From: Agathobacter sp.
Lineage (GTDB): Bacteria; Bacillota; Clostridia; Lachnospirales; Lachnospiraceae
Length of the DNA: 62,709 nt
Assembly (NCBI GenBank): GCA_045606325.1
Contig: JAZURS010000137.1
Location: 1-62,709, forward strand
Direction of reading: 5' to 3'
Made by a program: the position numbers and the translations under genes. Below, piece by piece: positions 38,057 through 46,976 of this stretch (its first letter is position 1; every line of letters starts with the position of its first letter). The notes beneath the pieces were generated by a model. The model did no database searches, was not told the DNA's origin, and saw nothing but the letters and a program-made list of their open reading frames with translations.

Positions 38057-38088
38057 AAACTGCTCATTATTTTAGGAGGTCATTAATT

Positions 38089-39681
38089 ATGATGAGATCA
38101 CTTTACTCTGCTGTGTCAGGTTTAAAGACACATCAGACAAGAATGGACGTTATCGGTAACAATATCGCAAACGTTAATACAGAAGCATTCAAATCTTCTC
38201 GAGTAACATTCTCAGAAATTATGTATCAGACCACAGCTAGTGCATCAGGCGGTAACGCTGCAACTGGTATCGGTGGTGTGAATGCAAAACAGATTGGTCT
38301 TGGTGTTTCTACAGGTGCTACATCGATTGCTATTACAACAGCAGGTGCAGCTGAAACAACAGGTAACCCATTTGACTTAAAACTTACAGATAGCCAGACA
38401 ACAAACTTCTTCATCGTAAGTGATGGAACAAGTAACTTCTTTACACGTTCTGGTTCTTACTACGTAGATGGTAACGGTTTCCTTTGTATGACATCAACTG
38501 GTTATACACTTATGGGATGGCAGATTGATCCAGCTACAGGTGAAATCAAAAAAGATACGGTATCAGCTCTTCAGGTTATGTCTGCACAGAATCAGACTTC
38601 TGCACCAGAAGCTACCACACTTGCAAAAGCGTCTGGTATTTTAGATAAAAATGATAGCAACGTAACAAGTGAAGATGGTTATGCGATGTCATTAGGTTTT
38701 TATGATGATTTAGGATATGCTTACACTGCTAAGTTTTCTATTCGTCCACAGAATACAGGTAACGAAGCAGATGATAAAGGTAAATACACTATAGAAGTTG
38801 CAAGTATTTTAGATTCTAATGGTGTTGACTATGTAGAAAACTATAATAATATGGCTCCTGCTGGACAGACAGTTGCATTAAATCAGTTGATTTGTCAGTA
38901 TGATAGACGAAATGATGGTAACATTTATGGTAAAGCATTAAATGCGAATGGAGAACCTGCTGGAGAAGATGTAGTTTTGGTAAGAACAGATGCAGGAGAT
39001 TGGATGGTTAGAGATTCAGGTGCACCTGCAAAACCAAATTTAGTGCCATTTACTGCGGATGACAAGTGTGTACTTGAATTTGATACAAATGATGGTAAAT
39101 TCGTATCTGTTGGTGGATATACTCCAGATGGTGCAATTGCTAACGAATCTGTTGTTTTAAATATGGAAAAATTCCTTTCTGCAGTTGGTATAAATAACGT
39201 AGGAAGTAACTTTAAAGATATTGAAATCGACTTTAGTGCATGTAAAAACTTAAACAACAGTGGAACATCTACTATGGGTGTGTTAAAAGGTATGGACGGT
39301 GATGGCGCTGGTAAGAAACTCGGTGCTCTGACTGGTCTTTCTGTTGACTCAACAGGTAGAATTTTTGGTACATACGACAATGGTAATACTGTTCTTTTGA
39401 GTCAGATTGCGGTAGCACAGTTCTCAAATGCTTCTGGTCTTGAAAAAGTAGGTAGCAACTGTTATCAGACAACACTTAACTCAGGTGACTTCGATGGTAT
39501 CGGTATTGAAGTTTCAGCAGATGGTAGCTCAATTTCAACTGGTGAATTAGAAATGTCAAACGTTGACCTTTCTGCACAGTTTACAGATATGATTATTACA
39601 CAGCGTGGTTTCCAGGCAAACTCTCGTGTAATTACTACATCTGACACATTATTAGAAGAATTAATCAACCTTAAGAGATAA
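38089..39681 (+). CDS. flgE: Flagellar hook protein FlgE
   Basis: MMRSLYSAVSGL..HQ..MDVIGNNIANVNT, LEMSNVDL, QRGFQANSRVITTSD. Confidence 0.95.
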   Translation: MMRSLYSAVSGLKTHQTRMDVIGNNIANVNTEAFKSSRVTFSEIMYQTTASASGGNAATGIGGVNAKQIGLGVSTGATSIAITTAGAAETTGNPFDLKLTDSQTTNFFIVSDGTSNFFTRSGSYYVDGNGFLCMTSTGYTLMGWQIDPATGEIKKDTVSALQVMSAQNQTSAPEATTLAKASGILDKNDSNVTSEDGYAMSLGFYDDLGYAYTAKFSIRPQNTGNEADDKGKYTIEVASILDSNGVDYVENYNNMAPAGQTVALNQLICQYDRRNDGNIYGKALNANGEPAGEDVVLVRTDAGDWMVRDSGAPAKPNLVPFTADDKCVLEFDTNDGKFVSVGGYTPDGAIANESVVLNMEKFLSAVGINNVGSNFKDIEIDFSACKNLNNSGTSTMGVLKGMDGDGAGKKLGALTGLSVDSTGRIFGTYDNGNTVLLSQIAVAQFSNASGLEKVGSNCYQTTLNSGDFDGIGIEVSADGSSISTGELEMSNVDLSAQFTDMIITQRGFQANSRVITTSDTLLEELINLKR

Positions 39682-39729
39682 TAAATTAAGGGGATAAACC
39701 AAACTGAAAAATGGTTTAAAATTGGTAAA

Positions 39730-39765
39730 AAAAGGGAAATGATTTCTGTCATTTCCCTTTTCTTA
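39730..39765 (+). terminator. Terminator after flgE
   Basis: AAAAGGGAAATGA-TTTCTG-TCATTTCCCTTTT. Confidence 0.8.
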
Positions 39766-39828
39766 TGCAAACAAGCAAATTTTGTGGCTAAAATTGTCAA
39801 AAAACACTATATTTAGTAAAAACAAAGG

Positions 39829-39857
39829 TAGACAATTGATGAAAAGTCTAGTAAAAT
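39829..39857 (+). promoter_or_regulatory. Internal SigA-type promoter upstream of motA
   Basis: TAGACA-17-TAAAAT downstream of the flgE terminator. Confidence 0.6.
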
Positions 39858-39974
39858 CATATAAAGGGTCAATATGCATACTAGGTCTTACTATGCCCAA
39901 ATGCAAGGGTGGTATACAAGATTTAGTGGTTTACATAATAACAAGGCCCAAATTATATTAGGAAGGTGTCACGT

Positions 39975-40775
39975 ATGGATATAGCTTCTTTAGCCGGTAT
40001 TGTACTCGGTGTGGTAATGGTAATTTTTGGTATTTTCTCCAGTGGTGGTTTGGCAGCATTTGGTAACTTCGTTGATGTTCCATCTGTATTCATTACTATT
40101 GGTGGATCTATCAGTTCAGTTTTGACGTCACACAAATTACCTGACTTTATCAATGGTATCAAAGGGATTAGTCTTCCTTTCCAGGATAAGGTTGTAGATC
40201 CAGGACAGGTTATTAAACAGATTATTGAATTATCAAATATTGGACGTAAGGAAGGCCTTCTTGCTTTAGAAGAAGCTGCCAACAATATTGAGGATGATTT
40301 CTTGAAAAAAGGAATTATGCTTGTCGTTGACGGTACAGATCCAGAATTGGTACGTGGTATCTTAGAGACAGACCTTTATTGTTTGCAAGATAGACATGGC
40401 AAGGTAATTGGTTTCTGGGAAAAATGGGCTGAAATGGGTCCTGCCTGGGGTATGATTGGTACGCTGATTGGTCTGGTAAATATGTTAAAGACATTAAGTG
40501 ATCCTGATTCTATTGGACCTCAGATGGCGGTAGCCTTACTTACAACATTGTATGGTTCATTGATTGCAAACTGGTTATGTACGCCGATTGCATATAAATT
40601 AAAGGCAAATGATGCAATAGAAGTAGTAATGAGAGAAATCACTATTGAGGGATTGCTTTCTATTCAGGCGGGTGAAAACCCACGAGTTATCGAAGAAAAA
40701 CTCAAATCTTTCTTAGCACCTTCGGTTCGTAATAGTTTATCTGAACAGGGAGATTCTTTTGGAGGTGAAGAATAG
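39975..40775 (+). CDS. motA: Stator A subunit (PomA/MotP-like)
   Basis: RKEGLLALE, PAWGMIGTLIGL, ALLTTLYG, IQAGENP. Confidence 0.93.
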   Translation: MDIASLAGIVLGVVMVIFGIFSSGGLAAFGNFVDVPSVFITIGGSISSVLTSHKLPDFINGIKGISLPFQDKVVDPGQVIKQIIELSNIGRKEGLLALEEAANNIEDDFLKKGIMLVVDGTDPELVRGILETDLYCLQDRHGKVIGFWEKWAEMGPAWGMIGTLIGLVNMLKTLSDPDSIGPQMAVALLTTLYGSLIANWLCTPIAYKLKANDAIEVVMREITIEGLLSIQAGENPRVIEEKLKSFLAPSVRNSLSEQGDSFGGEE

Positions 40776-41590
40776 TGGCGAAGAAGAAAAAAGTAGAAGG
40801 CTCTAAGGGCTCTCCTGCGTGGATGGCGACCTTCTCAGACTTGATGAACTTACTTCTTTGCTTCTTCGTACTTTTGTTCTCTATGTCAACTGTTAGTGAA
40901 GAAAAGTTTGAAATGGTTATTGCTTCTTTGCAATCCAAAATTAGTATCTTTTCACAGGGGAGCACCAGTATTGGAGATGGCTCTATGGTAGGTGGAGGAA
41001 TTCGTCAGTTGGAGTTTTTAGATAATTATTATAATGAACTGGCGAACTCCAAGAGTGAAGAGGAAAACGAAGAGGAAGGCGAGTTAAAAGAGCAGTACAA
41101 AGAAGAAGCCTTAGAAGAATCTGAACAGATGGCAGAGAATATTCAGGATGCCATAGAACAGTTAGGGATTTCGAATGCAGTTGAAGTCGATTTTGATGAA
41201 CAATATGTTATGTTGAATTTAAGCGGTGCGATTCTTTTTGAATCAGGAAAAGCAGAGGTTTTACCAGAAGCAAAACTCATTTTAGAAAAAGTTGCAGTTG
41301 TATTAAATCAATATGATGAAAATATTATCGAGGTAGAAGGTCATACAGATAATGTTCCTGTATCTGGAGGAGGCAAATACGAAAGTAATGATGTATTGTC
41401 TATGTATCGTGCCTTATCTGTAGCTGACTATATTCGTGAGATTACTAAGTTAAATCCAGCATATATCAAGTCTTCTGGTCGTGGTGATTTTGTTCCGATT
41501 GCGGACAACAGCACATCGGAAGGAAGAGCAAGAAACCGTAGAGTAGTAATTAAGATTTACAATTCATATAGCTCGAATATTGAAGAATAG
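40775..41590 (+). CDS. motB: Stator B subunit (PomB/MotS-like) with OmpA domain
   Basis: WMATFSDLMNLLLCFFVLL, EGHTDNVP, RARNRRV. Confidence 0.93.
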   Translation: MAKKKKVEGSKGSPAWMATFSDLMNLLLCFFVLLFSMSTVSEEKFEMVIASLQSKISIFSQGSTSIGDGSMVGGGIRQLEFLDNYYNELANSKSEEENEEEGELKEQYKEEALEESEQMAENIQDAIEQLGISNAVEVDFDEQYVMLNLSGAILFESGKAEVLPEAKLILEKVAVVLNQYDENIIEVEGHTDNVPVSGGGKYESNDVLSMYRALSVADYIREITKLNPAYIKSSGRGDFVPIADNSTSEGRARNRRVVIKIYNSYSSNIEE

Positions 41591-41605
41591 AGGGGATAGG
41601 TTTTT

Positions 41606-42115
41606 ATGAAAAAGAATTTAATGACAGTAATTATTTTAGCTTTGGTATTTGCAAACTTTGTGTTGACAGCAATTATGATGTTTACTATCGTACCATCAAC
41701 ACAGAAAGCAAATGAAATGATTACAAAAGTATGTGAAGCCATTGATTTAGAGTTAAATAGTGGTGCAGCAACTGGTTTATCAAATTTACCTGTTGATCAG
41801 ATTGCAACCTACAGTGTAAGTGGTGGTGAAACAATGACTATCAACTTAGCTGATGGCGATCATTATGCATTAGTAGCTGTTTCGCTTTCTATTAACAAAG
41901 AAAGTGATAGATATAAAGATGGGACTACTGAAATCTTAACAGAGCAGGAGTCAATTATTAAAAATACAATCAATCAGATTGTGCGTCAGTATAGCAAAGA
42001 AGAACTTTTAAAGAATGCTGAAAAAGCACAGGATGAGATTTGTAAGAGTCTCCAGAAAACCTATGGAGCTGATTATATCGTTGGAGTAAACTTCTCAACA
42101 TTAACAGCACAGTAA
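41606..42115 (+). CDS. fliL: Flagellar protein FliL
   Basis: N-terminal TM, TINLAD..HY; position between motB and fliM. Confidence 0.82.
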   Translation: MKKNLMTVIILALVFANFVLTAIMMFTIVPSTQKANEMITKVCEAIDLELNSGAATGLSNLPVDQIATYSVSGGETMTINLADGDHYALVAVSLSINKESDRYKDGTTEILTEQESIIKNTINQIVRQYSKEELLKNAEKAQDEICKSLQKTYGADYIVGVNFSTLTAQ

Positions 42116-42154
42116 TTGGTACTAAAAATTTTCGTTTCAGGTGGTGAGTAGAGA

Positions 42155-43135
42155 ATGGGTGACGTTTTATCTCAAAACGAGATAGACGCGTTGTTGAACG
42201 CGCTAAGTAGTGGAGAGTTAGATGTAGATGAAATTAAAGATAGTGGCGAGAAACAGGTAAAAGATTACGATTTTGCCAGACCATCCAAATTCTCAAAAGA
42301 ACATCTTCGTACTCTGGAGATTATCTTTGAACACTATGGAAGATTATTATCCACAAACCTTCCGGTGTATTTGAGAAAGAATGTTCAGATTGAAGTAATG
42401 AATTCGGAAGCGGTTACATATCAGGAATTTTCCAATGCGCTTTCCAATCCAGTTCTTCTAGGAATTGTTAACTTTGCACCTTTACAGGGCAGCATTATTC
42501 TTGAAATGGCAACAAACCTTGGATATGCGATTGTTGACCGTATGTTAGGTGGAAAAGGTGAGGCACTGGAAAAGGCTCGTGAGTATTCTGAAATTGAATT
42601 ATTGATTTTGGAACGAATCTTTGTCGTTTGCGTGAATCTGTTGCATGAGCCTTGGCAGAATGTAGTCGAAATACATCCAAGACTGGAACGTATTGAGACT
42701 AACTCACAGTATGCACAGATTATTTCTCCAAGTGAAATGATTGCGATTATTACAATCAATGTAAAAATAGGGGAAGTTGAAGGACTTATGAATGTATGTC
42801 TTCCATATATTACAGTGGAAGATGTTATTGATAAATTAAATACAAAGTACTGGTATGCTAATATGCAGCAATACGATGAAACAGATTATGCAGATGCTAT
42901 CGAGGTTTTAATTCGTAAAGCTCAGATACCATTAAAAGCAGTATTAGGTAGCAGTACTGTTTCTGTAAGCGATTTCTCTACGCTTCAAGTGGGGGATATC
43001 ATCCGTTTGGATCGAAAAGCGGAAGAAGAGTTAGACGTTTATGTAGGAAATATCAAGAAATTCACCGCATTGCCAGGTGCCTCTGGTGATAATTATGCAG
43101 TGAGGGTCACAGAAGTGATCAGAGAGGAGCAATAG
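42155..43135 (+). CDS. fliM: Motor switch protein FliM
   Basis: LSQNEIDALL, YDFARP.KFSKEHLRTL. Confidence 0.95.
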   Translation: MGDVLSQNEIDALLNALSSGELDVDEIKDSGEKQVKDYDFARPSKFSKEHLRTLEIIFEHYGRLLSTNLPVYLRKNVQIEVMNSEAVTYQEFSNALSNPVLLGIVNFAPLQGSIILEMATNLGYAIVDRMLGGKGEALEKAREYSEIELLILERIFVVCVNLLHEPWQNVVEIHPRLERIETNSQYAQIISPSEMIAIITINVKIGEVEGLMNVCLPYITVEDVIDKLNTKYWYANMQQYDETDYADAIEVLIRKAQIPLKAVLGSSTVSVSDFSTLQVGDIIRLDRKAEEELDVYVGNIKKFTALPGASGDNYAVRVTEVIREEQ

Positions 43136-43139
43136 GGGT

Positions 43140-44309
43140 ATGGATGGAGTATTATCTCAAGAAGAAATCAGTGCATTACTTAATGATCCAAGTAATGCTG
43201 CGCCAGCAGAAAATAGATTAACAGAAGTGGAAAAAGACGCCATTGGTGAAATTTCCAATATTAGTATGGGAACTGCAGCAACAACACTGTTTTCTCTTGT
43301 TAATCGTAAAGTAGAAATTTCCACACCGGTTGTATCTTATGCAACATGGGATGATTTATCACAGGCATATGAAAAACCATGTGTATTTATCCGAATTGCA
43401 TATACTGTTGGTCTTGACGGAAGTAATATTTTAGTATTAAAGGAAAATGACGTAAAAATCATCACTGACCTTATGATGGGTGGCGATGGAACAAATATTG
43501 ATGGAGAACTTGGAGAGCTCCATTTAAGTGCGATTAGTGAGGCAATGAATCAGATGATGGGGTCTTCGGCAACCTCATTATCATCTATGCTTAACAAGAC
43601 AATCGACATTAGCCCACCAATGGCAGATTTGATTGATTTAAAAGATCAGGTAGATGAGTCTTCCATTGATGAGTTCTTATCAAAAGAATTTGTTCGTATT
43701 ACATTCCGTATGGAAATTGGAGATTTGGTAGACAGTGAAATTATGCAGTTGTATCCAATTTCTTTTGCTAGAGAAATGTGTGAAGGTGTTACACGTACAA
43801 TGGAAATTGATACTCAGAGTGTAAAAGAACCTGAGCCAGCACCTGCACCAGCGCCAACACCAGCACCTGCACCTGCACCAGCACCAGCTGCGGCAGTACA
43901 GCCTGCAATGGATATGGCGGCTCAGCCTATGATGGCTCAGCCTATGATGCAGCAACCAGTAATGATGCAACAGCCAGTAATGATGCAACAGCCTGTCAAC
44001 GTACAGCCTGCACAGTTTGGCTCTTTTGCAACTGTACCAGTTGGAGTATATCAGCCAGAAAATATCAATTTGATTATGGATGTTCCATTGGAAGTAACCG
44101 TTGAATTAGGTAGAACTAGCAAATCCATTTCTGATATTTTGGATTTTGGTCCAGGTAAGATTATTGAATTAGATAAGATTGCAGGTGAACCAATTGACGT
44201 ACTTGTAAATGGTAAGTATGTTGCAAAAGGAGAAGTTGTAGTTATTGAAGAAAGTTTTGGTGTTCGTATTACAGAAATAGTAAATGCGATGCCAATCCCT
44301 CAACAGTAA
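43140..44309 (+). CDS. fliY: Motor switch phosphatase FliY
   Basis: LSQEEI..LL, two CheC-like E..N motifs, C-terminal FliN domain (DVPLEVTVELG...FGVRIT). Confidence 0.94.
   Translation: MDGVLSQEEISALLNDPSNAAPAENRLTEVEKDAIGEISNISMGTAATTLFSLVNRKVEISTPVVSYATWDDLSQAYEKPCVFIRIAYTVGLDGSNILVLKENDVKIITDLMMGGDGTNIDGELGELHLSAISEAMNQMMGSSATSLSSMLNKTIDISPPMADLIDLKDQVDESSIDEFLSKEFVRITFRMEIGDLVDSEIMQLYPISFAREMCEGVTRTMEIDTQSVKEPEPAPAPAPTPAPAPAPAPAAAVQPAMDMAAQPMMAQPMMQQPVMMQQPVMMQQPVNVQPAQFGSFATVPVGVYQPENINLIMDVPLEVTVELGRTSKSISDILDFGPGKIIELDKIAGEPIDVLVNGKYVAKGEVVVIEESFGVRITEIVNAMPIPQQ
43836..43995 (+). repeat. In-frame low-complexity repeats in the FliY linker (PA-rich, then MAQPM/MMQQPV)
   Basis: CCAGCA/CCTGCA hexamers; CTCAGCCTATGATG x2; near-identical 18-bp CAACAGCCAGTAATGATG units. 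Confidence 0.8.
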
Positions 44310-44327
44310 AATTAAGGAGATTTAAAA

Positions 44328-44690
44328 ATGGGAAAAAATATTTTAATTTGTGATGATGCAGCATTCATGAGAATGATGATTAAAGATATTCTTTCTAAGA
44401 ATGGATATAACGTTGTTGGCGAAGCTGAAAATGGAGCTGTTGCCGTTGACAAATTCGTAGAATTAAAGCCAGATTTAGTTCTTATGGATATTACTATGCC
44501 AGAAATGGATGGTATCCAGGCGTTAAAGGCTATTAAAGAAAAAGATCCAAATGCTTGTGTTATTATGTGCTCTGCAATGGGACAGCAGGCAATGGTAATC
44601 GAATCTATTCAGGCTGGAGCAAAAGATTTTATTGTAAAACCTTTCCAGGCAGACCGTGTATTAGAAGCAGTTAAAAAAGTAATTGGATAG
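44328..44690 (+). CDS. cheY: Chemotaxis response regulator CheY
   Basis: DDAAFMR, MDITMP, SAMGQQ, DFIVKPF. Confidence 0.95.
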   Translation: MGKNILICDDAAFMRMMIKDILSKNGYNVVGEAENGAVAVDKFVELKPDLVLMDITMPEMDGIQALKAIKEKDPNACVIMCSAMGQQAMVIESIQAGAKDFIVKPFQADRVLEAVKKVIG

Positions 44691-44692
44691 TT

Positions 44693-45076
44693 ATGAAGAT
44701 ATTAATGTTATCAGCATCCATGGAAAGTTTCCTTCAGCTTATAAGCGCGTTACTAATTTTTGCTGTTGTACTTTTGCTTACATATTTTACGACTCGTTGG
44801 GTTGGAAACTATCAAAAAGTACAGATGAAAAGTAAAAATTTACAGGTACTTGAGACTTTACCTGCAGGAGCAAATAAGTCTATTTGTTTAATTAAAGCTG
44901 GCACGGAGTACTTGGTGGTTGCTATAGGAAAAGATGAGATTCATCCACTTGCTACATTGAAAGAGGAACAACTCACAGACACTTCTTTTTTTAATGAAAG
45001 TGTAGAAGGTGTAGTAACAGGAGAATCCTTTCAAGAAATTTTGGGACAACTGAAAGATAAAATGTCCAAGAAATAG
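44693..45076 (+). CDS. fliO: Flagellar biogenesis protein FliO/FliZ
   Basis: N-terminal TM, N.QVLET...NK.I.LIK.G.EYLV; position before fliP. Confidence 0.8.
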   Translation: MKILMLSASMESFLQLISALLIFAVVLLLTYFTTRWVGNYQKVQMKSKNLQVLETLPAGANKSICLIKAGTEYLVVAIGKDEIHPLATLKEEQLTDTSFFNESVEGVVTGESFQEILGQLKDKMSKK

Positions 45077-45083
45077 GTAATTT

Positions 45084-45902
45084 ATGAACAAAATGAAAAA
45101 GGCTTACTGCATTTTCTCGTTTGTATTTGCAGTATGTGTGTTTGTATTTACAATTGCATATACCTTTGCTGGTCCATCGGTAATGTATGCGGCAGAAGCT
45201 GGTAGTGGAGATGCTAATTACGCCGATGATGGAATTGATGGTATCCATCTTACTGTCGATACCAATAGTGAAGAAGGGACAATGTCAGCACCAATTCGAA
45301 TTCTGTTATTATTGACGATTTTGACATTAGCACCATCTATTTTAATTATGCTGACGTCATTTACCAGAATTATCATTGTTCTGCACTTTGTGCGAACTGC
45401 GATAGGTACGCAGACAGCACCACCAAACCAGGTTTTGATTGGATTAGCATTGTTTTTGACTTTCTTTATCATGTGGCCAACTTTTGAACAGTTAAATACA
45501 ACCGTTGTTGAACCACTGGATAGAAATGAGATTACTACGGAACAGGCTTTTGAACTTGCAGAGGTACCTATTCGTGAGTTTATGTATAAGTATACTCAGG
45601 AACAAGATTTAGAGTTATTTATAGATATTTCTGGAGAAAACTATGAAACACCTGATGATGTGCCTATGACTGTCGTTATTCCAGCATTTATTATTGGAGA
45701 ATTAAGACAGGCTTTCATCATGGGATTTTTGATTTATATCCCATTTATTGTAATAGATATGGTAGTGTCGTCCGTACTTATGTCCATGGGTATGATGATG
45801 CTGCCGCCTACAACAATATCTTTACCGTTTAAGATTTTGTTGTTTGTACTTGCAGATGGTTGGAACTTGATTATAGCCAACCTTGTCCGAACGTTTTACT
45901 AA
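45084..45902 (+). CDS. fliP: Export gate FliP
   Basis: TSFTRI, PPNQVL, PFIVIDMVV, MGMMMLPP. Confidence 0.96.
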   Translation: MNKMKKAYCIFSFVFAVCVFVFTIAYTFAGPSVMYAAEAGSGDANYADDGIDGIHLTVDTNSEEGTMSAPIRILLLLTILTLAPSILIMLTSFTRIIIVLHFVRTAIGTQTAPPNQVLIGLALFLTFFIMWPTFEQLNTTVVEPLDRNEITTEQAFELAEVPIREFMYKYTQEQDLELFIDISGENYETPDDVPMTVVIPAFIIGELRQAFIMGFLIYIPFIVIDMVVSSVLMSMGMMMLPPTTISLPFKILLFVLADGWNLIIANLVRTFY

Positions 45903-45914
45903 GGAGTGAGATAG

Positions 45915-46190
45915 ATGATTACACAGGATGCGGTATTAGATATAGCACGAGATGCTATCTTTAACATTATAATTGTATCAGCACCTTTGCTTTTGATTTC
46001 TCTTATCGTAGGCCTAATCATAAGTATTTTTCAGACGGTAACATCCATTCAGGAGCAGACGCTTACTTTTGTTCCAAAGGTTTTAGCTGTGTTTATTACA
46101 TTAATGCTGGCTGGCTCATGGATGATGAATGTATTAATAGAATTTGTAAATACTTTGTGGTCGAATTTCAGCTATTTTACGAGTATGTGA
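45915..46190 (+). CDS. fliQ: Export gate FliQ
   Basis: IFQTVTSIQEQTLTFVPK. Confidence 0.96.
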   Translation: MITQDAVLDIARDAIFNIIIVSAPLLLISLIVGLIISIFQTVTSIQEQTLTFVPKVLAVFITLMLAGSWMMNVLIEFVNTLWSNFSYFTSM

Positions 46191-46196
46191 TAAGCG

Positions 46197-46976
46197 ATGA
46201 TTGATTTAAGTTTTTCTTTGATAGATTTTGAATATATTTTACTTATTACTGTTCGAATCGCTTCGTTTGTTTTTGTGGCACCTTTCTTTTCACAGAGAGG
46301 TGTACCAGCACAGGCAAAGATTGGTTTTTCTTTTTTGATAGCGGTAATACTGTTTAGTGTAGTACCACCACCAGAGCAGGTGTATACCGGTGTGCTGGGT
46401 TATGGTGTGGCGGTGCTAAAAGAAGGAATTACAGGATTGCTTATTGGGTTTGCTGCATATATCTGTAATTCTATTGTTATTTTTGCCGGTAATATCATAG
46501 ATATGGATATAGGCTTGTCCATGGCACAACAGTATAATCCGGACATGAGTGTTCAAATGACCGCAAGTGGAAATTTGTATTATTATTTGATTTTTGCATT
46601 CTTTATTGCAACGGGAATGGATAAATATATCCTTCGGGTAGCGTGTGATTCGTTTTATGTAGTTCCTATTGGCGGCGCTGTGTTTGAATGGGACAGTTTA
46701 CTTTTGTCAATGACTACATATATGGTTGATTTGTTTGTACTTGGTTTTCGAATTTTTCTTCCAGTTTTTGCAGTAATAATGATTATGAACTCCATTCTTG
46801 GAGTTATGGCAAAGGTTGCACCACAGATGAATATGTTTTCAATCGGTATTCAGCTTAAGATTTTGGTAGGGTTTATGGTATTGTTTATTATGATATTCTT
46901 GTTCCCTAGCATAGCAGATATGGTGTTTGATGAGATAAAGAAAATGGTGGTTTTATTCATTGAAGGCATGTATTGA
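46197..46976 (+). CDS. fliR: Export gate FliR
   Basis: Multi-TM protein; AG..ID...GLS, KVAPQMN.F.IG. Confidence 0.93.
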   Translation: MIDLSFSLIDFEYILLITVRIASFVFVAPFFSQRGVPAQAKIGFSFLIAVILFSVVPPPEQVYTGVLGYGVAVLKEGITGLLIGFAAYICNSIVIFAGNIIDMDIGLSMAQQYNPDMSVQMTASGNLYYYLIFAFFIATGMDKYILRVACDSFYVVPIGGAVFEWDSLLLSMTTYMVDLFVLGFRIFLPVFAVIMIMNSILGVMAKVAPQMNMFSIGIQLKILVGFMVLFIMIFLFPSIADMVFDEIKKMVVLFIEGMY

